NCBI GenBank assembly: GCA_031260385.1
Contig: JAIRKB010000190.1
Coordinates: forward strand, 1 to 25,027
Direction of reading: 5' to 3'
Length of the DNA: 25,027 bases
From: Propionibacteriaceae bacterium
GTDB lineage: Bacteria > Actinomycetota > Actinomycetes > Propionibacteriales > Propionibacteriaceae
In this document: piece by piece, positions 10,801 through 17,546 of the stretch
Position numbering within the stretch: position 1 is the first letter of the stretch
How the letters are laid out: the number at the start of each line of letters is the position of its first letter
Notes under the pieces: model-generated
The model's input: only the letters and a program-made list of their open reading frames with translations
What the model was told of the DNA's origin: nothing
The model's database searches: none
Translations under genes and position numbers: made by a program

Positions 10801-13800
10801 ATCTATGAGTCCTACCCTGATGCCAAGTCTCCCGGCACCGACTCCTTCCAGTACATTGTCTCCGATCGCTGGGCGGCGACTGGGATTGGTGGGGTTCGCC
10901 TAGGGGTGGTTAGCCCCGGTCAGATCTCCCCACCGCTAGCGATTGATGATTATTACACCCTTCGCCCGGGGGTTTTCGGATTCATTCGGCCGACGAGCAA
11001 TGACATTCTGCCGACCGGGGGTAAGAATCCTTCCATCAACTTGGATGGTGACCCGCCTGGTGTCAACCTGGTTTTCGACTCGACTGGGATATTTCCGGTT
11101 GTCAAGGTTCTGAGGGTTGAGGTCCCACTAGTGACGACTCAGGCGTTGACGTTTAGCTATCACCTGAGCGCCGGTGGCCAATCGGGGCCGTCCGCCCAGG
11201 TGACCATCGTGACTCAGGAGGGTTATAACAATCCGCCGCGGGTCTTCGATACTGTCGCCCGGGATCTGAAAGATGGTCAAGCTTATGTTCCAGTCCTCGC
11301 CGATGCCTGGGATATCGACGGACCACGTGAAGACCTCACCATCGTGGAGGTCAGTGCCGGTGAGATTGACTGCCCCGATCAAATGGACCCAACAACGCCT
11401 CCAGGAGAATGCCAGGTAGTGATCCCGCTCACCGATCAACCCCAAATCGTCTCTTATGTGGTGGCCGACGGCGACGGGGCTCGGGCGTCTGCGGTGATCT
11501 TTGTTCCAGCCCAGACCCCTAACAGACCTCAACTAGGGCCTAGTTCACTGATCAACCTCGCCGTCAACGGGACCAAGACGATTAATTTGAACGATTACCT
11601 TAGCTCGCCACGCGGTGGGGGACTGCACTTGACGGCGGCCTCCCGGGCTTGGACTGCCCCGCAAGCTCACCTCGCCTTGACCATTAACTCTGATTATGAA
11701 ATCACCCTAACAGCGAAGAGCGACTACACCGGACCGGCCGCCTTGACCGTTGAGGTCCGCGACACCGCCGACTGGGCCGATCCGAGTGCCCTCATCGGGC
11801 TAGTGACCATCCCGGTTCAGATCGGGGCGATAAACCCGGTCCTATTCTGTCCGCCGGGCGCAATCGAAGTCGTTCAAGGTGGGCAAGCCCGCCCGCTGCC
11901 GATCGGGGAGTTCTGCCACGTCTGGATGCCAACCGAAGAGCAGGTTTCTGACCTAACCTTCACCGGGACTTGGAGTGTCGGCAAGGAGAACTTCTTAACC
12001 GTACAACCCGGTCAGGTCCTGAATGTCCAAGCCACCAGTGTGGCCAAACCGGGCACCCACGGCTGGTTGACGATCGGGGTCGATGGCTACGACACCACTA
12101 GTGAGATCCAAGTCGTCGTCGCGGGAGCGTCGAAGCCAACCCTCCAAGTCACCTCGATCGTCGATGTTAAACCAGGCACACTAGTCAAAGTCCCGGTCAA
12201 CGTCCTTTCCCCGCTCACGAACTCCACCCCAACCATCATCGAAGCCTCCGCTGTGGGCAGCAATGTGGAGGTCAGGATCGCCAAGACCGACCTCTTGGTG
12301 GTGATTGGGCCTGAGGCGCGCGGGGTCTATACCTTCACGGTCATCGCTAGTGACCTCTCCGATCGCAGCCGCAGTGATCGCTGGGTGAAAACCACCTTCA
12401 CAATCAAGGTTTATGCCCGCCCGAATGCCCCCTCCACCCCGCAACCAGGTGAACAGCCGCGACCCGGTTCGCTCTTCGTCCACTATCTCCCGGGGTCGGA
12501 TAACGGGGCTCCGATTACCAACTACGTCGTCGAAACCGAAGGTGGTGGTACGACCAACTGCGGGATGAGCACCATCTGCGAGATCACCGGGTTGTCCGAA
12601 CAAGCCCTCTACCGTTTCCGGGTCAAGGCCACTAATAAGGCTGGTGACTCCGATTGGAGTGGATGGTCTCGGACGATCACCTTGTCCACCGCGCCAACGT
12701 CCGTACGCAACCTTGCTTGCTCAAGCCCGATCCAGGACTCGGAGATTACCTTGACCTGGGATGCCCCAACCGGGATGTACCCGCCGACCAGTTATCGCGT
12801 CATCGCCGCGAGTAACACCTATACCGTCGCCCACCCGGAGCGCTCCTTGACCATTAGTGCCCTGGCAAACGGGCAGCATCAGTTCCGCGTTGTCGCCGAA
12901 AACGACGCCGGGCTGAGCCAAACCTCGCCTTTCGTGACCTGTTGGGCCTCCGGGCCGCCGATCTGGCCGAGTAACGCCGAAATCATGGTCCAGACCCAGA
13001 ATCTCGGTGCGACTCGCCAAGTGCAGATTAGCTGGACGCCCGTTGGGCTTAACGGTCCCGGTCCGATCGTATATACCGTTTATCGGGTCAAACAGCCCGG
13101 TACAACCCTGGAGTTGATCGGCTCCACCCAGGACCACTCGATCATCGATCAAACGGTGCTGGTAAATGGCGACCAGTATAACTATGTCGTCGAAGCCGAA
13201 AACCCCGCCGGACTGGTGGCCACCTTGACGGGGGGCCCGTTCGTGGTGGGGGATAGTCCCGCTAACTGGGCCGCCAACTCCTTCACCATCGCCCCTACCG
13301 GGGTTTCGGGCGAGGTCAGTGTCGAGATCACTTCGTTCCCGAACTGGCATGGCGTCCAGGGTTGGGTGAGAACGATTTACAACGGTATTGACCAAGGCAC
13401 GATTACGGTGGATAACCCTTCTGGTTACGTCATCGATCAGTCGATGAATGGTCGGCCGTTCACCATTTGGCTCCAGGCCTGTAATCCCTCCGGCTGTAAT
13501 ACCGCCGAGGCAGTCACCTTGTCCGACGGCCCCTATGGCCCCCTCAATCTGACGGGACTGACCATTACCTCTCAGCAGCCTCGGGAGGTTTGTTTTACGG
13601 TGACAGCGTCGGGCAATGGGCGCGGTGCCGCTCTCGGATTCGACGCCGAAACCGACACTGGTCAGGGGTTGGTAGTTAGTTACTCTCAGTTCGATGTGCC
13701 CGCCACCGGCAGTGTTAGTGCGGAGTCCTGCGCTACCACCGAGCCCGGCACTGCCTTGACGGTCTCGGCGACGCTGACCTCGACTAACCCGGATCGCGAA

Positions 13801-14691
13801 GTGATAGCGACAGTCCAAACCCAAGCGCCGGAACTACCGCAACTGCCGACCCCAGATTTGCGCGTTGAGCGCGATCTTGATCTGTTCAACGGTCGGGCGG
13901 TTTGCGCGGAGGTGGCCCTCACCCGACTGAGCGCCGGAGTGATGGCTAGGCTGGAGATCCGGCTTGATGGTGCGATGCTGGTCAACGATATTTACACCGG
14001 TACGGTTCAACTGGCTCGGCAATGTTGGGATGCGGGGGGCCATCAGGTCGCCAAGACCTTCAGCGCTAGGCTGTCGACGCTGTCGATCGACTGGAGGGAT
14101 TCTGAGACTAGTCTCAAACCGGTCACCTCTCTGGTGGCCCCACCTCCCGACTGGGCCTCAGGAACGGTCTTCTTGACGGCCCTCGGCAATGGTCCTCAAC
14201 TGCGGTTCTCGGTCTCGTCTTTCCCCGCCGACGCTGATTACGTCTCTCTGGTCCTAGCCGGTAGCCAGCACACGGTCTACGACACCGCGCCGGTCTCGCT
14301 TTCCGCACCCTATTGGACCACCCATGAGGCCACCAACATCATCGCCTGTCGCGAGGATGGAGGGGTAGCGGTCTGTAATCGCCCTTATGAGGATCTCTTT
14401 GGCCCGGTTGCTGCCACCGCTTGGGGTCCGCTATCGGTTGGTCTGGCTAGTTCATCGGTTGAGGGTGGGACTGCTTGCGTGGTCTTTAGTTACGACAAGG
14501 CTGGCGCTTCGGCGGTCGCGGCGATGTCTAATGACCTGGACAATACCTCGATCACGGACACTGGCAGTCAACTCGAGCAATGTGTTAGTGCCCAGTCTGG
14601 GGTCGATCAGGTCACTTTCACGATTATCTTGACCGATACCTCTCCGTTTGGTCGGCTCTCGGCGCAGACCAGTGTTACCTTGTATTTCTAG
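7867..14691 (+). CDS. Giant surface protein with Ig/cadherin-like (Big_9-type) repeats and fibronectin type III domains
   Basis: N-terminal hydrophobic segment LVPVLALAVLFSVFIGLVV, then a GVWVT-type region. About 11 beta-sandwich repeats from ~9073 to ~12415, many with PxAxDD...VLxND. Three clear Fn3 domains at ~12418-13250 (YRFRVKATNKAG, HQFRVVAENDAG, YNYVVEAENPAG), then Cys-paired C-terminal modules. The start codon could be the GTG at 7891. Confidence 0.9.
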   Translation: MWEFWGIRVTRQVWQALVPVLALAVLFSVFIGLVVTGQARSEQVLDLNNSGVWVTSDAKSVFARMNRSAGAVDVVLSDSSQLRSSRLDVLQDQESILGWQPDRGRFFPIDTSSGRVVDGVELIVDPGARISMGGGILAMLNTLGEVRVVAYARNQTLDPSGLQSGRTTRANLQNLAGAVAIAVDSAGTIFAASASGEWALVPKNGPTRSGSVTAIGEVLTSIEVTLVGGIGVIADVLTGEIYTTEGGRHHLGSDTGIVLQQPTATGDRLVVGMRTGLMSLSLRSDGSWATLYSVPDPGAGRLASAPVVLGGYVYGAWSGQPALVVRLAEDGSRIIDDGLGANDGGPRTLIDPVFRVNYGSVILNDLQTGWVFDVDQQVSLSDLELTEDDAPGADDQASSRVDPVTAIDDHIWVRPGQVSVLHVLDNDLNPSGGILVIAAVGAVSVGQVAIAPNGQTLVFTPPLGHFEDIVFSYSASNRSLIGGDSEESSSTAQVTLSMRPPDRNSPPTQLEASDRSAYPVVSGGTVAISPLGNWRDGDCDPLVIVGAADSAGRLVPVTNQSVIQYTAQAGLYSEEVAVTYVVMDPLGATASGEVIVQVLGSSVTHGVPPIANADVVRGVIGQPLTISPLDNDQPGADPTTRDPKLKLSAPVEGRIGLIAQTDLASGVITVTASRSGTYFLDYAITYGSMSDSAVIRVDIVERDSILAMPDAMVLYGRVGSYVDVLANDHDPGGSVLTVVSATPQIADLLRVAIVDGRWVWVQAKTDNPSLAACVIDYVVTDGSGNEAIGQITVTLHQAIANDVVRAVDDYAVVRAGDATLIPVLNNDVATSGQKLVLFPAAADSTLPAGQLKVTNPGGGSTADTDYGQAYVDGDYVRYVAPQHLAATERIRVEYLVGIAGGTPVSGVIWIDVIPQPDQHLVNLPPQPSALEVRCVRGSTIEIYVTPYGQDPDGDSVTVVGLAVPPKYGRIVEIRGNTLIYESYPDAKSPGTDSFQYIVSDRWAATGIGGVRLGVVSPGQISPPLAIDDYYTLRPGVFGFIRPTSNDILPTGGKNPSINLDGDPPGVNLVFDSTGIFPVVKVLRVEVPLVTTQALTFSYHLSAGGQSGPSAQVTIVTQEGYNNPPRVFDTVARDLKDGQAYVPVLADAWDIDGPREDLTIVEVSAGEIDCPDQMDPTTPPGECQVVIPLTDQPQIVSYVVADGDGARASAVIFVPAQTPNRPQLGPSSLINLAVNGTKTINLNDYLSSPRGGGLHLTAASRAWTAPQAHLALTINSDYEITLTAKSDYTGPAALTVEVRDTADWADPSALIGLVTIPVQIGAINPVLFCPPGAIEVVQGGQARPLPIGEFCHVWMPTEEQVSDLTFTGTWSVGKENFLTVQPGQVLNVQATSVAKPGTHGWLTIGVDGYDTTSEIQVVVAGASKPTLQVTSIVDVKPGTLVKVPVNVLSPLTNSTPTIIEASAVGSNVEVRIAKTDLLVVIGPEARGVYTFTVIASDLSDRSRSDRWVKTTFTIKVYARPNAPSTPQPGEQPRPGSLFVHYLPGSDNGAPITNYVVETEGGGTTNCGMSTICEITGLSEQALYRFRVKATNKAGDSDWSGWSRTITLSTAPTSVRNLACSSPIQDSEITLTWDAPTGMYPPTSYRVIAASNTYTVAHPERSLTISALANGQHQFRVVAENDAGLSQTSPFVTCWASGPPIWPSNAEIMVQTQNLGATRQVQISWTPVGLNGPGPIVYTVYRVKQPGTTLELIGSTQDHSIIDQTVLVNGDQYNYVVEAENPAGLVATLTGGPFVVGDSPANWAANSFTIAPTGVSGEVSVEITSFPNWHGVQGWVRTIYNGIDQGTITVDNPSGYVIDQSMNGRPFTIWLQACNPSGCNTAEAVTLSDGPYGPLNLTGLTITSQQPREVCFTVTASGNGRGAALGFDAETDTGQGLVVSYSQFDVPATGSVSAESCATTEPGTALTVSATLTSTNPDREVIATVQTQAPELPQLPTPDLRVERDLDLFNGRAVCAEVALTRLSAGVMARLEIRLDGAMLVNDIYTGTVQLARQCWDAGGHQVAKTFSARLSTLSIDWRDSETSLKPVTSLVAPPPDWASGTVFLTALGNGPQLRFSVSSFPADADYVSLVLAGSQHTVYDTAPVSLSAPYWTTHEATNIIACREDGGVAVCNRPYEDLFGPVAATAWGPLSVGLASSSVEGGTACVVFSYDKAGASAVAAMSNDLDNTSITDTGSQLEQCVSAQSGVDQVTFTIILTDTSPFGRLSAQTSVTLYF

Positions 14692-14694
14692 ATT

Positions 14695-14711
14695 ATTTCG
14701 CAACAGGCACA
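14695..14711. repeat. Third, truncated (17-bp) copy of the element end ATTTCGCAACAGGCACA
   Basis: Identical to 14861-14877. With TAAA and the left TIR it forms a perfect 17-bp stem and 4-nt loop (14695-14732). Confidence 0.9.
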
Positions 14712-14715
14712 TAAA

Positions 14716-14877
14716 TGTGCCTGTTGCGAAATGACACGCAGCTGCGGTGGACACGGATCGGGCGATCTTCGGCACCCAGATATTGCGTCGTATGTCCAAT
14801 ACGACCACACTATCTGGGCATCGAATCTCATCCCGCCCGCGCCGTCCTCGCAAGCGTGGCATTTCGCAACAGGCACA
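14716..14877. mobile_element. 162-bp MITE-like foldback element
   Basis: Terminal inverted repeats TGTGCCTGTTGCGAAATG[A/C]CACGC (23/24). TAAA flanks both sides (14712-14715, 14878-14881). Internal stems such as CCCAGATA/TATCTGGG and GTCGTAT/ATACGAC share the same symmetry axis to within 1 nt. Confidence 0.7.
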
Positions 14878-14922
14878 TAAATCGGCGGGCACAATTCATC
14901 CGAATTCTGCCCGCCGATTTAT
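14877..14922. terminator. Probable bidirectional terminator hairpin between the giant gene and convergent lsr2
   Basis: ATAAATCGGCGGGCA-c-AATTC-atcc-GAATT-c-TGCCCGCCGATTTAT: a 15-bp perfect stem plus a 5-bp inner stem, 17 bp after the lsr2 stop. Confidence 0.65.
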
Positions 14923-14938
14923 CTGGTGGGTTATTGGT

Positions 14939-15277
14939 CTAGGCGGTAGCTTGCTCGTACGCTTCGATCAAGGCGGAGCGCAGGCGCCCACGGTCGGGAA
15001 CATTCCAACCATTGGCGGCACCCCAGGTCTTGATGGCGGTGATCTCTTCGCGAGACCGACGGGCCGGGATCGGGCGGGTTCGATTGCCGCCCCTTGATGT
15101 GGTGGCAGATAAGACCTGGCGTCCGACGGTGACATACTTCGCCACCGCTGCGGAATACTCGGCGTATTCGCTTTCCGTCAGATCAACTGCATAGGTTTTG
15201 TCGTCAAGTGTCAGAGTGTAAGTGCGAGCACCCGCTGCACCCGACAGGTCTGACACAATCATCACAGATGTTGCCAA
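14939..15277 (-). CDS. lsr2: Lsr2-family nucleoid-associated protein
   Basis: N-terminal SDLSG...LDDKTYAVDLT dimerisation region. C-terminal AIKTWGAANGWNVPDRGRLRSALIEAYE with the RGR AT-hook. TTG start has GGAGG 5 nt upstream. Confidence 0.93.
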   Translation of the reverse strand: MATSVMIVSDLSGAAGARTYTLTLDDKTYAVDLTESEYAEYSAAVAKYVTVGRQVLSATTSRGGNRTRPIPARRSREEITAIKTWGAANGWNVPDRGRLRSALIEAYEQATA

Positions 15278-15432
15278 GATGGCCTCCTCATGTTTACGTG
15301 TTATTCGCAGAATAATCCTCTGCTAAATAGCCTACACGCAATTTATCATATGCCCGCATATTAGGCCAACAAATGGGAGAAAAGCAATCGCTACTTTGTT
15401 TAACTAGGCGAAATCGCGGTCAAATGTGGTGG

Positions 15433-15438
15433 TAAACT
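15433..15438 (+). promoter_or_regulatory. -10 hexamer TAAACT, probable leaderless promoter for the membrane protein-xerD unit
   Basis: gtggTAAACT-ggtctc-ATG, a 6-nt spacing with no Shine-Dalgarno. Confidence 0.6.
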
Positions 15439-15444
15439 GGTCTC

Positions 15445-16449
15445 ATGAGTATTCCAGACGAATCTGCGGTCGTCAATCCACTAACACCAGCCGCTTCGCT
15501 CAACTTCGGCGAAGTGATTTCCTCCAGTTTCAAGGTCTATCGGCGGCGTTTTGGTCCCCTGATTGGGTTGAGCCTGATTCTCGCCTTAGCGGTCGCTGGG
15601 CTGACTGGGCTCTATCTGCTCTGGTTTATGAACTGGGTGATGAACTATGCGGACAAGCTCTATCGAACCACGCCCCCCGAACTGATCTGGGGGACGACCC
15701 TCTCGGTGTCGGTGCTGACCCTGTTGCTGGTCGTTGTCGGATGGTGGTCAACTCTCGGGTTCTGCGCTCTCGCCGATGCGGAGTTGACCGGACAATCCCT
15801 CAGTCTTGGTCAGGCGATAAAGGTGGCCATTAATCGGGTCACGAGCCTGCTCCCCATCGCCCTCGTCGTCGCCGCCGGAATCGCCGCCTTCACCTTGGGG
15901 ATCATGGCCTGGACCACACAATTCCTCGACCTGGGAACGAATCCCGATAACGCCGTTGGAACGATGATCGTGACGATATTGCTGGTCACCTTGGGATCGC
16001 TGATTGCGGTGGTGGTGAGTTATTACCTCCAGGCCAAGCTCTTCTTGACCTTCCCGGTGATGGTGGTGGAAGCCCGCTCGATCTGGAAGGCCTTGCCGCG
16101 TAGTTGGCGGATTACCAAGGGTTCGGCTTTGATAAACTTCCTGATCATCTTCGTAGTTGGGATCGTTGTCGGCGCGGTCACATCGGTGTCTACCTTGCCC
16201 TTGTTGCCGGCGGGGATTGCGATGGGGATGGGGTCCGTTGGTGCCCTCACCATCGGACTGATCGCGATGGTCGTCTTGATGGCAATCGCGATTGTCTTCA
16301 CCGCCCCCTTCCTGCCGGTTGCCTCCCAGGTGGTCTACCGCAACGTAGGGCGAGAGCAGAACGAGCTTGCTCGTTATGCCGAGCCCAAGGAAGCGGTTGA
16401 CGAGCGAAGCGAGGAGCATCGAGATCGTGATCGAGCGGGTCTCGTCTGA
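15445..16449 (+). CDS. Integral membrane protein (resembles the glycerophosphodiester phosphodiesterase membrane-domain-like family)
   Basis: LNFGEVISSSFKVYRRRFGPLIG start, about 6 hydrophobic segments, and PVMVVE...WKALPRSWRITKG motif. The charged C-terminal tail derives partly from a dispersed repeat. Confidence 0.8.
   Translation: MSIPDESAVVNPLTPAASLNFGEVISSSFKVYRRRFGPLIGLSLILALAVAGLTGLYLLWFMNWVMNYADKLYRTTPPELIWGTTLSVSVLTLLLVVVGWWSTLGFCALADAELTGQSLSLGQAIKVAINRVTSLLPIALVVAAGIAAFTLGIMAWTTQFLDLGTNPDNAVGTMIVTILLVTLGSLIAVVVSYYLQAKLFLTFPVMVVEARSIWKALPRSWRITKGSALINFLIIFVVGIVVGAVTSVSTLPLLPAGIAMGMGSVGALTIGLIAMVVLMAIAIVFTAPFLPVASQVVYRNVGREQNELARYAEPKEAVDERSEEHRDRDRAGLV
16337..16407 (+). repeat. Dispersed repeat, copy 1 (inside the CDS 3' end)
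   Basis: 65/71 identical to the reverse complement of 24302-24372. Contains the palindrome AACGAGC-TT-GCTCGTT (16360-16375). Confidence 0.9.
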
Positions 16450-16450
16450 G

Positions 16451-17392
16451 GTGGCCGACACTGCCCTCGATCGGGGTGTACGGGCGTACCTCGATCATCT
16501 CAAGGCCGAACGGGGACTGTCGGCGCATACCATCGCCGCCTACACCCGCGACCTGGACCGCTATCTTGACTACCTATCAAGCCAATCAATCAGTGAACCG
16601 GAAGCGATCAGCCCGGCGATCGTCGCGGGCTTTCCGATTGCTCTGACCAAGACGGGGCTCGCCCAGGCCAGTGTCGGGCGAATGACGGTAGCGGTCCGCG
16701 GGCTCCATCGGTTCTGGCTTGACGATGGCTTGAGCACAGTCAATCCGGCGCAAAATGTCGCGCCGCCTAATCAGACCCGTCACCTGCCTAAGGCGCTCAG
16801 TCTCGATCAAATTGAAGCTCTGATCACCGCCAGTGGCGGACGAGCCCTAGCGCCGAGCTCTGGTGAGCTTTGTGACTGGGCGTTAGTGGAGATCCTCTAC
16901 GGGACCGGGGCGAGGATCTCCGAGGTCTTGGGGCTTAATGTTGACGATGCCACGCGGATGTTGAGTGACGAAACCGCCGGGTTGAAACTGATGGGTAAGG
17001 GTTCGAAGGAGCGATTGGTGCCAGTCGGGCGCTATGCCCGTGAGGCCCTCGAAGCCTGGTTGGTGCGGGGTCGTCCGTCCTTAGCTGGTCGGACGACACG
17101 GGGAAACCCGGCCTTGTTCCTCAACGAGCGCGGTGGACGGATGTCGAGGCAAAGTGCCTTCAACCGGATTGAGGCTCTGGGGCGGAAAGCCGAGATTGCG
17201 GCTGAGGTGTCGCCGCATACCTTGCGACACTCCTATGCCACCCATCTGATTGATGGCGGTGCCGATGTGCGGGTCGTCCAGGAACTCCTCGGGCATGCCT
17301 CGGTGGCGACCACCCAGATTTACACCCTGATCACCATTGATCACCTGCGTGAGGTTTACCGCACCGCTCATCCCCGGGCCTTGGATCGCTGA
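16451..17392 (+). CDS. xerD: Site-specific tyrosine recombinase XerD
   Basis: YLDHLKAERGLSAHTIAAYTRDL and catalytic GARISE, GKGSKER, HTLRH, LLGH, TTQIY, ending HPRA. The GTG at 16451 is preferred because the track's 28-aa extension is repeat-derived. Confidence 0.95.
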   Translation: MADTALDRGVRAYLDHLKAERGLSAHTIAAYTRDLDRYLDYLSSQSISEPEAISPAIVAGFPIALTKTGLAQASVGRMTVAVRGLHRFWLDDGLSTVNPAQNVAPPNQTRHLPKALSLDQIEALITASGGRALAPSSGELCDWALVEILYGTGARISEVLGLNVDDATRMLSDETAGLKLMGKGSKERLVPVGRYAREALEAWLVRGRPSLAGRTTRGNPALFLNERGGRMSRQSAFNRIEALGRKAEIAAEVSPHTLRHSYATHLIDGGADVRVVQELLGHASVATTQIYTLITIDHLREVYRTAHPRALDR

Positions 17393-17412
17393 GTTCCTTG
17401 GGGTTTGAATCC

Positions 17413-17446
17413 TTCGATTCGTCTGATATATCAGGCGAAACTCGAA
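17413..17446. terminator. Hairpin/palindrome after xerD (terminator or operator)
   Basis: TTCGA-TTCG-T-CTGATATATCAG-G-CGAA-AC-TCGAA, with a perfect 12-bp palindrome at 17423-17434. Confidence 0.45.
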
Positions 17447-17546
17447 AGATGTATATCGGCCTTTAGAATGGCACCGCAGAGCGGGGCCGATTACAATAGG
17501 GTGGAATTGACCTCGCTTTCATGCGGGGAGAGAGCAGGGATTGACG

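Noticed and set aside
12721-13824. 367-aa antisense ORF inside the giant gene
   Set aside because: Lies fully opposite a well-supported CDS and has no recognisable motifs. Long shadow ORFs are expected in GC-rich coding DNA.
14716-14877. Integron attC site or CRISPR repeat interpretation of the foldback element
   Set aside because: Lacks RYYYAAC/GTTRRRY boxes at the ends. There are only three short copies in mixed orientation, no regular spacers and no cas genes.
16367-16450. 28-aa N-terminal extension of XerD in the ORF track
   Set aside because: Starts at a TTG inside the repeat palindrome and overlaps the upstream CDS. XerD homology begins at GTG 16451.
15748-16461. 237-aa antisense ORF over the membrane protein gene
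   Set aside because: Shadow of hydrophobic codons. Its similarity to the 24170-24448 ORF only reflects the DNA repeat.
16451-17392. XerD as the integrase of an island
   Set aside because: The sequence is a typical housekeeping XerD at its usual position relative to pyrG-NUDIX, and no att-like direct repeats were found around the block.
17435-17465. Possible dif site near xerD (GCCGATA on the minus strand, TGTATA)
   Set aside because: No TTATGTCAA/TTATGTTAA-like XerD arm at the required spacing.
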